Shown: piece by piece, positions 24,765-33,754 of the stretch
How the letters are laid out: every line of letters begins with the position of its first letter
Position numbering within the stretch: position 1 is the first letter of the stretch
Assembly: GCA_041651355.1 (NCBI GenBank)
Contig: JBAZJK010000001.1
Span: forward strand, 101,883 to 165,882
DNA length: 64,000 bases
Origin: Patescibacteria group bacterium
Lineage (GTDB): Bacteria > Patescibacteriota > Patescibacteriia > Patescibacteriales > UBA12465
Reading direction: 5' to 3'
Made by a program: the position numbers and the translations under genes
Notes under the pieces: generated by a model
Seen by the model: the letters and a program-made list of their open reading frames with translations, nothing else
Databases searched by the model: none
Told to the model about the DNA's origin: nothing

Positions 24765-25961
24765 ATGAAATGGGAGATTGTCAAAATGGCTGCTGAGTCT
24801 CTGTTGGCCAAAAAAACGAGAACCCTTTTATCGATGTTGGGTATTATTATCGGCGTAGCTACCGTTATCGCTGTTTTCGCTGTTGGCCGCGGCGCTCAAG
24901 AATCAGTGAATTCGCAATTTCGTAATTTGAGTGCGAATTCAATTTTGATTATGCCTAATCGTGGCCGGGGTTTTACGAGCAGTTCTAAGTTAAAGACTGC
25001 TGATGCGGAATTACTTCTTGGCGCCGCTCACATTTCTTCAGCCGCTGGCGCTATTATGGGAAACCTAGGTGTTTCCTATGGTTCGGTGGATAAAAATTAT
25101 AGCGTGGTCGGCGTTGATCAAAATTTTACTAAAATATTTAATCTAAATATCGACTCTGGCCGGACAATTTCTGAAGAAGATATTCAGAATCGTAGCCTGG
25201 TGGCCGTAATCGGCAGTACGGTGGCTAGCGATCTGTTTGTTAGCGATAATAACTTTACGGGCAAGGAAATAACTATTGCCGGTAAGAAGGTAGAAATAAT
25301 CGGAGTCTTGAAAAAAATAGGCTCAAGAGTGGGGATGATTTCAGTTGATGAAGCGATAATCTTGCCCAGCGCTACCGCCGAGAAAAGTTTTTTAGGCGAT
25401 CGGGGCCAGGTGATAATTAGTGCCCAGGTTGATAATCTTAGTAATACTGGGTTAGCCACTTCTAGTATTACTAGCTTATTAAGGACCGAACATAAACTTA
25501 AGATTAGCCAAGAAGATGATTTCCGCATCATGGATGCGGGTAGTATGGTGGCTGCGGCCCAGGCGACCGCTAAGACCATGACAACCTTATTAACAGCGAT
25601 TGCGGCTATTACACTTTTAGTGTCTGGAATTGGAATCATGAATGTGATGTTTGTAACCGTTGCCGAAAGAACTAAGGAGATCGGTATCGCTAAAGCTATT
25701 GGCGGCCAGCGTTCGGATATTTTGAGTCAATTTCTTTTAGAGTCGGTTATTCTGTCAACGATTGGCGGCATTGTCGGGATGATTATCGGCCAGGCGGCGA
25801 TTCCGATAATATCATATTTCAATTGGATTGCCGTGGCATCTTCTTGGACTGGGCCTGTCATCGGTTTTTCCTTTTCAGTCGTAGTTGGCGTTTTTTTTGG
25901 ATTTTATCCAGCCTGGCAAGCTAGCCGCTTAGATCCGGTTGATGCTTTAAGAAATGAGTAA
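24765..25961 (+). CDS. ABC transporter permease (MacB/FtsX-type)
   Basis: 398 aa with an N-terminal TM helix, a large extracytoplasmic domain and a C-terminal FtsX-like 3-TM bundle (AERTKEIGIAKAIG). Confidence 0.85.
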   Translation: MKWEIVKMAAESLLAKKTRTLLSMLGIIIGVATVIAVFAVGRGAQESVNSQFRNLSANSILIMPNRGRGFTSSSKLKTADAELLLGAAHISSAAGAIMGNLGVSYGSVDKNYSVVGVDQNFTKIFNLNIDSGRTISEEDIQNRSLVAVIGSTVASDLFVSDNNFTGKEITIAGKKVEIIGVLKKIGSRVGMISVDEAIILPSATAEKSFLGDRGQVIISAQVDNLSNTGLATSSITSLLRTEHKLKISQEDDFRIMDAGSMVAAAQATAKTMTTLLTAIAAITLLVSGIGIMNVMFVTVAERTKEIGIAKAIGGQRSDILSQFLLESVILSTIGGIVGMIIGQAAIPIISYFNWIAVASSWTGPVIGFSFSVVVGVFFGFYPAWQASRLDPVDALRNE

Positions 25962-25972
25962 TATTAAACTAT

Positions 25973-26215
25973 ATGGATAAAAATTATGTTTCTTTTAGAC
26001 AGTTAGTTAAAAAAAATTATCGCTATTGGTTGGTGAATCTAGTATTAGTGTCCGTTGTTTGGCTAGGAGTGAGGTGGCTTGTATATCGCCCCTCCACCGC
26101 TGTTACATACACTAAAAAATCGGCCGCTATCCAACTAACCGGCAATTCTATGCCTACCCCGCCAGCTGATGGCGGAGGTGGGCCGCCGATGGTTAATAAT
26201 AGTTCGAATAAGTGA
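25973..26215 (+). CDS. small membrane protein, hypothetical
   Basis: 80-aa ORF with one TM helix. The hairpin terminator AACCAGGA-atca-TCCTGGTT plus a T-run follows. Confidence 0.4.
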   Translation: MDKNYVSFRQLVKKNYRYWLVNLVLVSVVWLGVRWLVYRPSTAVTYTKKSAAIQLTGNSMPTPPADGGGGPPMVNNSSNK

Positions 26216-26297
26216 CCTAGATTAACCAGGAATCATCCTGGTTTTTTGGAAAGTTGATTTTTTTAAAGAAATAAGTAAAAATAAAGAAGTTAGTTGA

Positions 26298-26384
26298 GGA
26301 GAGGTGCCAGAGCGGTCGAATGGAACAGTCTTGAAAACTGTCGTTGGTGAAAGCCAACCGTGGGTTCGAATCCCACCCTCTCCG
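26298..26384 (+). tRNA. tRNA-Ser (anticodon TGA)
   Basis: 87 nt with acceptor GGAGAGG/CCTCTCC, anticodon arm ACAGT-CTTGAAA-ACTGT, a long variable arm and T loop GGTTCGAATCC. Confidence 0.9.
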
Positions 26385-26415
26385 CGTGTTATCAATATTA
26401 TTATTTTTCGAGCAG

Positions 26416-26464
26416 TTGGCTAAGGCTTCAAAGATTTCTTTGAAATCAACCTTAGCCAATTTTG
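26416..26464 (+). terminator. hairpin terminator after tRNA-Ser(TGA)
   Basis: TTGGCTAAGG...CCTTAGCCAA 10-bp stem with inner ttcaaag/ctttgaa pairing, followed by TTTT. Confidence 0.55.
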
Positions 26465-26516
26465 TTATATAAAAAATCGTTTGCTAACGCGTTTGGGCGC
26501 ATTTAAGCTTATCCCC

Positions 26517-26545
26517 TTGACAATGATGTTATATTTTTCTAACAT
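26517..26545 (+). promoter_or_regulatory. promoter with overlapping palindromic operator candidate
   Basis: TTGACA at 26517-26522. The palindrome ATGTTA-N8-TAACAT at 26526-26545 lies upstream of the membrane-protein/HTH pair. Confidence 0.35.
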
Positions 26546-26573
26546 TAAGATGCTTAGAAATAACTAAAATAAT

Positions 26574-26972
26574 ATGACCTTAAAAACATATAATAGAATA
26601 CGGCTCCTAATCGTTGTCATTACCGCTTTTATATTCAGCCAATCTTTGGTGATCCGCAATTTTTTCATTCCGATCGTAGTTTTGGGGCTATCATCTCTTA
26701 TACTTTTCTATCTCAGGAAAAAAGTGACCGAGCTGATAGCGGACGAGAGGGATTACCAAATCGGTGGCAAAGCGGCTTTGCTCGCAATCCAGTTAACTTC
26801 ATGGATCGGGGTGATAGTCATGTTCGTTTTCTATGCTCTGGGCGATAGGAATCCTATTTATCAACCTATAGCTATGACATTAGCTTTCTCAATTTGTATT
26901 TTGATGCTTACTTATTCAATCATTTTCCAATATTATAATAAGCGCAGCCCTAAAGATGAAAAACGAGATTAA
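26574..26972 (+). CDS. multi-TM membrane protein (DUF2178-like partner of a small HTH regulator)
   Basis: 132 aa with 4 TM helices. Its 3' end overlaps the HTH gene by 17 nt. Confidence 0.55.
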   Translation: MTLKTYNRIRLLIVVITAFIFSQSLVIRNFFIPIVVLGLSSLILFYLRKKVTELIADERDYQIGGKAALLAIQLTSWIGVIVMFVFYALGDRNPIYQPIAMTLAFSICILMLTYSIIFQYYNKRSPKDEKRD

Positions 26973-27147
26973 AAGATTTAGAACTGAGCTGGGGATTACT
27001 CAAGAGGAGTTGGCGGAGAAGGTCGGAGTAAGGCGGGAGACCATCGTTTTCTTAGAACAAGGTAAATATAATCCTTCTCTTAAACTGGCTCTGAGTATAG
27101 CTAGGGAATTGAAAATGCCGATTGAAAAGTTATTTTCTTTATCATAA
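26956..27147 (+). CDS. XRE/Cro-family helix-turn-helix transcriptional regulator
   Basis: 63 aa. [38 protein letters not shown] is a classic HTH_3 pattern. Confidence 0.8.
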   Translation: MKNEIKRFRTELGITQEELAEKVGVRRETIVFLEQGKYNPSLKLALSIARELKMPIEKLFSLS

Positions 27148-27156
27148 GCGGGCGGT

Positions 27157-28101
27157 ATGGCTATAAAAAACAAAATCTTATATTGGAGCCTGAAAATCCT
27201 CATGATCTTGTTGGGGATATTCTTTATTATATTCGGCGGCTATGATGACAGCCCTGGCCTCCAAGGCATCGGTCTTATTATCATTATTTCTACTATGATT
27301 ATTATGATCCGAGGCAAGAAGAATAAAACAATAATAATTGCCATTATCAGCTTCGCTTTAGGAGCGCTAATTTATAATTATTCTAAAGTAATCTTTCAAG
27401 AGGGTAATCCTTGGCCACAAATTAAAGGGATTTCTCAGTTAACTTTTGGAAATCAAGGCCTTGTGAAGTTGGATGTTGAAGAAAATAAATATATCACTAA
27501 AAGTGATAATTTGGAGATAATAAAATCTTTCATGAAAGAAAGGGGTTATGAGTTTAGGGAGCAGTTGGGGTCTGCTTATCTTTTTAAATCGCCCTCAGGA
27601 TCAAGCGCAATCGCTGTTTATAGACATTACAGCTGTTACTATTCACTCTGGACAATTAATGAAAACATTAATGATAATAAGAATGACCTTTGGCGGACTG
27701 CAACTACAGATAGTGGAGAAACCTTTCAGTACCCTAAAGAGCTATTAACAAAGTATATTAGCATTGTAAACTGGCCACCGCTTGTAAAAATAGTAACCGG
27801 AAGTTTTTCTTGTGTGACCACGCCTCAGGAAGCCAGTAGTATATCGGACATAACTTCTCAGAGACTGGTTGATGACAGAAGTTACTGCGTGAATGTGAAA
27901 CATGAAGGCGCGGCCGGTAGCGTATATTCATCCTATATCTATATTACTGCTAAGGATAATAAGTTGGTTGAAGTTAGTTTTACTTTGCGCTATCCTAATT
28001 GCAGCAATTATAATGAAGAAGAAAGCAAGGCCTGTGTTAGTGAAAGGGAAGCTTTTGACATCGATGCCACGGTTGATGAAATAGTCCAGACGATTAAATA
28101 A
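27157..28101 (+). CDS. hypothetical membrane-anchored protein
   Basis: 314 aa with 3 N-terminal TM helices followed by a Cys-containing extracytoplasmic domain. Confidence 0.55.
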   Translation: MAIKNKILYWSLKILMILLGIFFIIFGGYDDSPGLQGIGLIIIISTMIIMIRGKKNKTIIIAIISFALGALIYNYSKVIFQEGNPWPQIKGISQLTFGNQGLVKLDVEENKYITKSDNLEIIKSFMKERGYEFREQLGSAYLFKSPSGSSAIAVYRHYSCYYSLWTINENINDNKNDLWRTATTDSGETFQYPKELLTKYISIVNWPPLVKIVTGSFSCVTTPQEASSISDITSQRLVDDRSYCVNVKHEGAAGSVYSSYIYITAKDNKLVEVSFTLRYPNCSNYNEEESKACVSEREAFDIDATVDEIVQTIK

Positions 28102-28109
28102 TAATATTT

Positions 28110-28580
28110 ATGACTTCATACAAACATACGCAAATCGGATATCTGATGATTGTCGTTACCTTGGCTGTATTGGTATTTTTTTCCTGGGCCCAGATTACGG
28201 CCAGGATGGAAGCGCCTTCAATTGATTCTGGCGCCAATTTTCTGTTTACAGTCGTGATGGCGTTTATTATATTGATCCTGGCTTCGTTTACAACACTGAC
28301 AAGTTCCGTTAATGGAGATAGGCTTCAGGTTAAATTCGGCCCTGGAATCTTTAGGAAAAAATTTCTACTGAGCGAAATAGCATCGATAAAAAAGGTAAAG
28401 AATCGCTGGTATTATGGATGGGGTATAAAAGTTTGGTTTTGGCCTTATATGTGGATTTATAATATCTCGGGTTTTGATGCGGTGGAAATAGTTATGAGAA
28501 ATGGAAAGATTTATCGTATAGGAACAGACGCCCCCAACGAACTAGAGGCCGCGATCAAACGCAATCTGAATATCTTATAA
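28110..28580 (+). CDS. hypothetical membrane protein
   Basis: 156 aa with two TM helices followed by a small soluble domain. Confidence 0.55.
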   Translation: MTSYKHTQIGYLMIVVTLAVLVFFSWAQITARMEAPSIDSGANFLFTVVMAFIILILASFTTLTSSVNGDRLQVKFGPGIFRKKFLLSEIASIKKVKNRWYYGWGIKVWFWPYMWIYNISGFDAVEIVMRNGKIYRIGTDAPNELEAAIKRNLNIL

Positions 28581-28614
28581 TCAAATTATAGTATGATCTT
28601 TTAAAACAATCATC

Positions 28615-28914
28615 ATGAATAGTAAAGAATCCTCTTGTTTAAGGCATCCTCGCCATGTTATCGGTTATCGTGGTTCCAAAAAGAGATTAGCCCATAATGT
28701 CGGCCGGATGACCTATGACGAAGTAGCTGATTTTGTCGGAGAATTAGCGATTGATATTAAGCATCAGGCCGATGATGACCGACTTTTAAGGCGTAGAAAT
28801 AAATTGGCTGGTGAATTGGAAGAAGCGGTCAGATATCTAGCTCTAGCTCAAGCTAAACTGCAATCCGCTTGGAAAATTTGTGAACCCTTCATGAAGTCAT
28901 CCAACCCTTCCTAG
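28615..28914 (+). CDS. hypothetical protein
   Basis: 99-aa ORF that is basic and helical, with no motif recognised. Confidence 0.4.
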   Translation: MNSKESSCLRHPRHVIGYRGSKKRLAHNVGRMTYDEVADFVGELAIDIKHQADDDRLLRRRNKLAGELEEAVRYLALAQAKLQSAWKICEPFMKSSNPS

Positions 28915-29058
28915 AAAGGTTTAATTTGGAAACCCCTGCCTTATCAGTGAATTTTAAATGGCTCTAATCAGAGTCATTTTTTAATATTGGACTTGAATTT
29001 TATTGTTTTTTATAATAAGCTAAATATTACACATTTTTTCATTAAAAAAGGAGGACCC

Positions 29059-29322
29059 ATGCCTAATCTGCAAAAAGGCGCCAAAGTGCATCTTATTGAA
29101 GCCGGGGAGAAGATCGATGAAGCTATAATCTGTTACGCGGGCAACTCAAACAGCTCTTTGACGGAAGAGATTAAAATTGAAAGTCTCCGGCTTTTTCCAG
29201 GGAAAAAGTTCGATTTCGCTTTTATCGATGGCGGCTGGCGTATGTTATTTTGTGACCCGATGACCCGTGATCGCTGCTATAGCCAGAATGCCCCGGTTTA
29301 CCGGATAGAGCCAGCTTCCTGA
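29059..29322 (+). CDS. hypothetical protein
   Basis: The track ORF starts at TTG 28987. The ATG at 29059 is preceded by AAAGGAGG, which gives an 87-aa product. A hairpin terminator follows (accagttg...caactggt plus a T-run). Confidence 0.45.
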   Translation: MPNLQKGAKVHLIEAGEKIDEAIICYAGNSNSSLTEEIKIESLRLFPGKKFDFAFIDGGWRMLFCDPMTRDRCYSQNAPVYRIEPAS

Positions 29323-29435
29323 CAAGCCAATTCTACCAGTTGCTCTAAACAACTGGTTTTTTTATTTTATGACAGTCTTTTTGTTTTACATCCAACCCCG
29401 ATTTGCGCTATAATTATACTAGATAAATTTTCCCT

Positions 29436-30101
29436 ATGAATCGGAAACTACTTTTACTCATCATCCTCATAGTTCTTTCATTTATAGTCTTTCCCGCCAA
29501 GGCTCACCGTTTGCGCCTGGTCTATAGCCAGGATTTAAATCCGGACTCACCCTTTTTGATCGCTGAACCGCAGATTGCCCAGAATTTCTATGGGGAATTG
29601 AAATCAAGTCCAGATTACTACCAGATCAATCTAGCCGAGCCGCTTAATCTCCATTTCAGCCTTTTGTCACCGGCTAATCGAGAGGAGCGCCAAGACTTTG
29701 CGGCTGAGATAATTTCTAACAATTATGACAGTCCGGAGCTAAGCCTTTTTTCTTTAGCTAGCGAAGACCCTCTTTGGGATGTATATTTTGAAAAGTTTGC
29801 TGGTGACAAATATTATCAAGGACCGGAAGCAAGCGTCGACCTGGAGCCTGGTAGCTATTTTCTCAAGGTCTATAGCCCGGATAACAAGGGTAAATATACC
29901 TTGATGCTCGGTCAAGAGGAATCTTTCTCTAGCCAAGATATTATTGATAGCTTGGAAAAACTACCGGTTTTAAAGAAGGAGTTTTTTGCCGCTCCGCCAA
30001 TCGCTGCTTATTTTAACCTTATCGGCTTGTTCGCTTCTCTAGTCATAGCCAGCGCCATCGTCTTCGCTTTCTGGCTGGCTAGCATTTTCTTCAGGAAATA
30101 A
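29436..30101 (+). CDS. secreted protein with C-terminal TM anchor, hypothetical
   Basis: 221 aa with a signal peptide ...FPAKA|HR and a C-terminal hydrophobic helix. Confidence 0.55.
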   Translation: MNRKLLLLIILIVLSFIVFPAKAHRLRLVYSQDLNPDSPFLIAEPQIAQNFYGELKSSPDYYQINLAEPLNLHFSLLSPANREERQDFAAEIISNNYDSPELSLFSLASEDPLWDVYFEKFAGDKYYQGPEASVDLEPGSYFLKVYSPDNKGKYTLMLGQEESFSSQDIIDSLEKLPVLKKEFFAAPPIAAYFNLIGLFASLVIASAIVFAFWLASIFFRK

Positions 30102-30124
30102 ATATCTATAATAATCTAAAATAT

Positions 30125-30994
30125 ATGTCATTTTTTCAATTTAAATCCCAGTTACCCCTAAGCAAGCAGTTAGGCCGCGCTTTTCTGTTGCTATCGGTAA
30201 TCTTGGCACTTTTCATCCTTCTTCTGGCCGCCAATTTCATCAAGCCTTCTAGCAAAGGAGGGCAGGAGGGAAAAGCGAATAAAACCGTCTTTGTTGCTTC
30301 CGGCCATCCGGAGTTGGCTCCGATCGTTTTTCGGAGCGGGTCTGAGGGCTTAGCCGGTGTCGGCGTCGACATCACTAAAAAGATCTTTGATGATTTGAAA
30401 TCACCACTAGAGTTCAAATACATGGGTAATTGGGAGGAGGTTCTGACTAAAGCCAAGACTGGAGAAGTAGACGTAATCGTCGGTATCGACCAGAGTAAAG
30501 ACGCAATGGAGTATTTATCCTTTACTTCCATCCCCTATGCTGAAGTTCCGGTTTCTTTATTTGTCGCTAAAAACAAGAAGAGTAATTATAGGGGTTGGGA
30601 TAGTCTTGCTGGCAAGAAAGGAGTGGCCCTTATCGGAAATAGTTTTGGCCCAGAATTCGATGACTTGATTAAATCTAATAAAATAGATATCAAAAGAGCC
30701 AGTACCTCTAGAGAGGCCTTAAAGCTGGTTGCTGATGGCCAAGCCGATTATTTTATCAATTCCTTGTATGCCGGCCAGAAGACTCTAGCCGGGGACACAT
30801 CTTTAGCCGAGAAGATAAAAATTATTCCGGAGAACTTAACTACGCAAAAGATATATATCGCTATTTCTAACCAGTCTCCTTACGCCGATAAGCTAGCTGA
30901 AGTTTCTAAAGCTCTTTACGAGCAGAAGACCGAAGTTAATTACCTGATGAATAAGTATACTTATTATTACCTCAAGAATGATGAAGCTAAATAA
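30125..30994 (+). CDS. family-3 solute-binding-protein-like protein (amino-acid ABC type fold), membrane anchored
   Basis: 289 aa with an N-terminal TM helix. SBP_bac_3-like segments are LAPIVFRS...GVGVDITKKIF and VDVIVGI. Confidence 0.6.
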   Translation: MSFFQFKSQLPLSKQLGRAFLLLSVILALFILLLAANFIKPSSKGGQEGKANKTVFVASGHPELAPIVFRSGSEGLAGVGVDITKKIFDDLKSPLEFKYMGNWEEVLTKAKTGEVDVIVGIDQSKDAMEYLSFTSIPYAEVPVSLFVAKNKKSNYRGWDSLAGKKGVALIGNSFGPEFDDLIKSNKIDIKRASTSREALKLVADGQADYFINSLYAGQKTLAGDTSLAEKIKIIPENLTTQKIYIAISNQSPYADKLAEVSKALYEQKTEVNYLMNKYTYYYLKNDEAK

Positions 30995-31652
30995 ACTAGC
31001 CGTCTTAATTTCCATAATTTCGTTTGTCTTAGCACCGACTGTTTTGGCAGCCGGTGTTTTCGCAGTCAGTTCCGTTCCTTTTACATCCCAGGCGCCCTTA
31101 GCTGAATGGCGCGACCAAAGACAGCAAGATGGTTGCGAGGAGGCGGTGTCTTTAATGGCGATGTGGCTGGTTAAAAGCCAGGCCGCGCCAACTAAAGCTG
31201 AAGCCAAAAAGCAACTTTTAGCCATTTCCGACTTTGAGAAGAAAAAATATGGCGAATATCGTGATGTCGCCTTGTCGGATATGATCACCTGGATCTTTAA
31301 AGATTATTTCAAATACGAAAAGGTCCGTCTGGTCAAAGACCTTAAGCTTTCCGATCTTAAATCAGAACTGGCAGCCGGACACGTCTTACTTCTGCCCATG
31401 AACGGCCAGCGTTTGAAGAATCCGTATTTTACCGCTCCGGGTCCGGAAAGGCACATGATCCTTGTCTATGGCTATGATCCGGCCAAGAAGGAATTTATCA
31501 CTAACGATCCTGGCACGCGGCGCGGCGCCGCCTATCGTTATCCGGAAAAAATCTTATTCGATGCCATCAGGGCCTATCCGACCGGTTATCATAAAGCCAT
31601 CAAGAAGCTGGAGAAGGCAATGATCGTGGTTGAACTGGCCAAAGATAAATAG
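30978..31652 (+). CDS. C39-like (papain-fold) peptidase domain protein
   Basis: Signal peptide followed by VPFTSQAPLAEWRDQRQQDGCEEAVSLMA, resembling Peptidase_C39_2 (sQ....w....gC). 224 aa. Confidence 0.6.
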   Translation: MMKLNKLAVLISIISFVLAPTVLAAGVFAVSSVPFTSQAPLAEWRDQRQQDGCEEAVSLMAMWLVKSQAAPTKAEAKKQLLAISDFEKKKYGEYRDVALSDMITWIFKDYFKYEKVRLVKDLKLSDLKSELAAGHVLLLPMNGQRLKNPYFTAPGPERHMILVYGYDPAKKEFITNDPGTRRGAAYRYPEKILFDAIRAYPTGYHKAIKKLEKAMIVVELAKDK

Positions 31653-31740
31653 CCTTTGCTTTTTATAAAATTTGTGTTAAATTATTTTTTCAACTTAGAA
31701 TCTCTTAAATCGATCTTTTTATAAACCAAAACATGTAGCC

Positions 31741-32220
31741 ATGCAAGTAATGATTCCTTTTGACGGCCAGCCCGAGATTTTGGATTTGATTCCAACTTCT
31801 CCTGGCAATTTTGCAATCAACAGCGCCCGCGTTAAGCCGGACAAGACCTTCAAATTCCCAGAGTTAAGGGAATTACTCCATCCTAACGAATTCGTCTTCT
31901 ATTTTCCTGATTCTTTAGTTTGTGAAGATTTTGAGCCTGATCCCAAGTCTGGCGGTATACAAGCTGAGTTACTGCCTAATTTTCCCATGGACTTAACGCC
32001 GGAGGATGTAAGCGAACGTGAAGACTTGGAATTTGAAGATGACGTATTTCCAAACCATCCTTATCTGATTTTGATCGATGTTATTCCTGATCGCCCTAAT
32101 CCTACGCGCCTGACCATCCCCCTGGAATTATTAAGTCTGTCCCGCGGCCAGAAAATCAAGCTGTGTTATTGGCCTGGCTTGCCTCCACAAGTGGCTGACA
32201 AGATTCCCGTGGTTGACTAA
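31741..32220 (+). CDS. hypothetical acidic protein
   Basis: 159-aa ORF with no motif recognised. Confidence 0.45.
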   Translation: MQVMIPFDGQPEILDLIPTSPGNFAINSARVKPDKTFKFPELRELLHPNEFVFYFPDSLVCEDFEPDPKSGGIQAELLPNFPMDLTPEDVSEREDLEFEDDVFPNHPYLILIDVIPDRPNPTRLTIPLELLSLSRGQKIKLCYWPGLPPQVADKIPVVD

Positions 32221-32286
32221 GCCCGTTCTTTAGAACAAAAGAGCGCTCCCAAAGAGCACTCTTTTTTATTTAGTCTGATTTCTTTA

Positions 32287-32811
32287 TTATTCCAGGCAAC
32301 AGTTAATGGCCCGGCGCACCAGATCGCCCAATTTACCGGTTAGCCCCCTCTTTTTATCTTCTTTAGAAATCGCGTCCGCATCGATCTTTTTCAGGTCGCC
32401 GCTGTTAATCATTTTCATGTTCAGGCCCCAGAAGAGGGAGTATAGATCATATGATTTCTGGAACAGGTCCTGGGCTTCTTCTTTCTTGCCTTGGCCCTGG
32501 GCTTTAGTGCCCACTTCCATTAAGCGATAGGAGGCGGCTAAGAGATGCTTGGAAATGCACCAGACTTCACCTTCATATTCCTTGATCAGGCGCTTAAGCA
32601 GGTCTTTGCGCATAGATCGGACTTCGTTGAGCAGGTCGTAATATTCGTTTTTGCCGGTCTTGGCACCGGTGAAGAAGAAATGTTCTTCGATGCTGACCAG
32701 ATTCATAATAGCGATGCTCAAATCCTGATCGGATGACAGGTCTAAAGGGTTGTCTTTTTTGCTTTGGTCAGCCTTGGCGACGAACTCTTGGAGTTTGAGG
32801 ATGTCTGACAT
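32287..32811 (-). CDS. hypothetical protein
   Basis: 174-aa helical ORF, co-directional with the two downstream-facing membrane/redox genes. Confidence 0.5.
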   Translation of the reverse strand: MSDILKLQEFVAKADQSKKDNPLDLSSDQDLSIAIMNLVSIEEHFFFTGAKTGKNEYYDLLNEVRSMRKDLLKRLIKEYEGEVWCISKHLLAASYRLMEVGTKAQGQGKKEEAQDLFQKSYDLYSLFWGLNMKMINSGDLKKIDADAISKEDKKRGLTGKLGDLVRRAINCCLE

Positions 32812-32815
32812 ATTG

Positions 32816-33337
32816 TTAGGCGGTTAGAAAATAAAAGATAAAGCTGAAGATAAGCAGGGAAGCGATGGGCATGGCCACCTTCTGAAAGGGGAAATAAGCC
32901 TTGCCCTGGTTTCTTTTTTTGAGATATTCGTAGCTGAAATTACTAAAGACGAAGAGCAAACTGCCGACAATGATACCCAGAATAAGTTTATCTATGCCAA
33001 ATAATTTTTGGCTGGCCTGTCCGATTAGGTTTTGTGACCAGAGCGGCCAGATCGTTAGGGCATAATAGAGGATGAAGATACTGATATCGCGTAGATAAGT
33101 ATTACCCCAGGTCCAACGTTTGCTTTGGAAATAATTAATCGTCCATAGGCTTAAGGCGACTAGCAGGCCGCCAATCCAGAGTCCGGCAATCGAATTATCA
33201 ATGCCTAGATATTCCGATAGCCCTAATCCAGCTCCGACCGCGACTACGCAGACCGGGCAGATGGCGGCCGCTGGCCGCCCCAGGGATAAGAATATAAAGG
33301 AAAAGATAAGCCCAAAAGGTAGATATTTTTTAAGCAT
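32816..33337 (-). CDS. polytopic membrane protein with a CPVC motif
   Basis: 173 aa with about 5 TM helices. Its only two cysteines form CPVC at the start of TM1. Confidence 0.55.
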   Translation of the reverse strand: MLKKYLPFGLIFSFIFLSLGRPAAAICPVCVVAVGAGLGLSEYLGIDNSIAGLWIGGLLVALSLWTINYFQSKRWTWGNTYLRDISIFILYYALTIWPLWSQNLIGQASQKLFGIDKLILGIIVGSLLFVFSNFSYEYLKKRNQGKAYFPFQKVAMPIASLLIFSFIFYFLTA

Positions 33338-33339
33338 AA

Positions 33340-33687
33340 TTATTTGATTTTTTCTTGGAAGAAATTAATGATATCCGTATCACCGCTCAGGCAATTTTTG
33401 CCGTCAAAAAGGAAGGGCACGCCCAAGCCGACACTGGTATCAAGGCCGCAGCTTTTAGCTTTAGCGGCCATCAGGTTAGCGTTGCTAGGATTTTCTGAGA
33501 CTTCCAGTTCTCGGAATTTTACTTTTTTATCGACTTGGTTAGCTACGATAAAATCCTTAACGTTCTGGCAATGGACGCAGGTGTTGCTGTAGAAGAGAAT
33601 TATCTTCGGCCTCTGGGCCACCAGTAGGGCGACGACAAAGATAAAAATGATAGCGATAATTACCGCCAAGATATTTTTAAGTTTCAT
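33340..33687 (-). CDS. membrane-anchored thioredoxin/glutaredoxin-fold protein
   Basis: N-terminal TM helix and the CxxC motif YSNTCVHCQNVKDFI. 115 aa. Confidence 0.7.
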   Translation of the reverse strand: MKLKNILAVIIAIIFIFVVALLVAQRPKIILFYSNTCVHCQNVKDFIVANQVDKKVKFRELEVSENPSNANLMAAKAKSCGLDTSVGLGVPFLFDGKNCLSGDTDIINFFQEKIK

Positions 33688-33754
33688 ATTTTTATTTAAA
33701 GGCTAGTGGAGATATTTTAACACACTTGGCTTTAAGTGTGAATATTCTCGCCGT

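Noticed and set aside
21487-26297. The idea that the efflux operon is itself an island bounded by repeat B and tRNA-Ser(TGA).
   Set aside because: The partial repeat lies upstream of the intact tRNA, which is the wrong geometry for 3'-end tRNA integration. The operon has chromosome-like composition and no mobility genes.
26217-26459. 80-aa minus-strand ORF (…RRGWDSNPRLAFTNDSFQDCSIRPLWHLS…).
   Set aside because: It is the antisense translation of tRNA-Ser(TGA) and its terminator hairpin. The same DSNPR...RPL.HLS peptide signature appears opposite tRNA-Ser(GCT). It is an artefact, not a gene.
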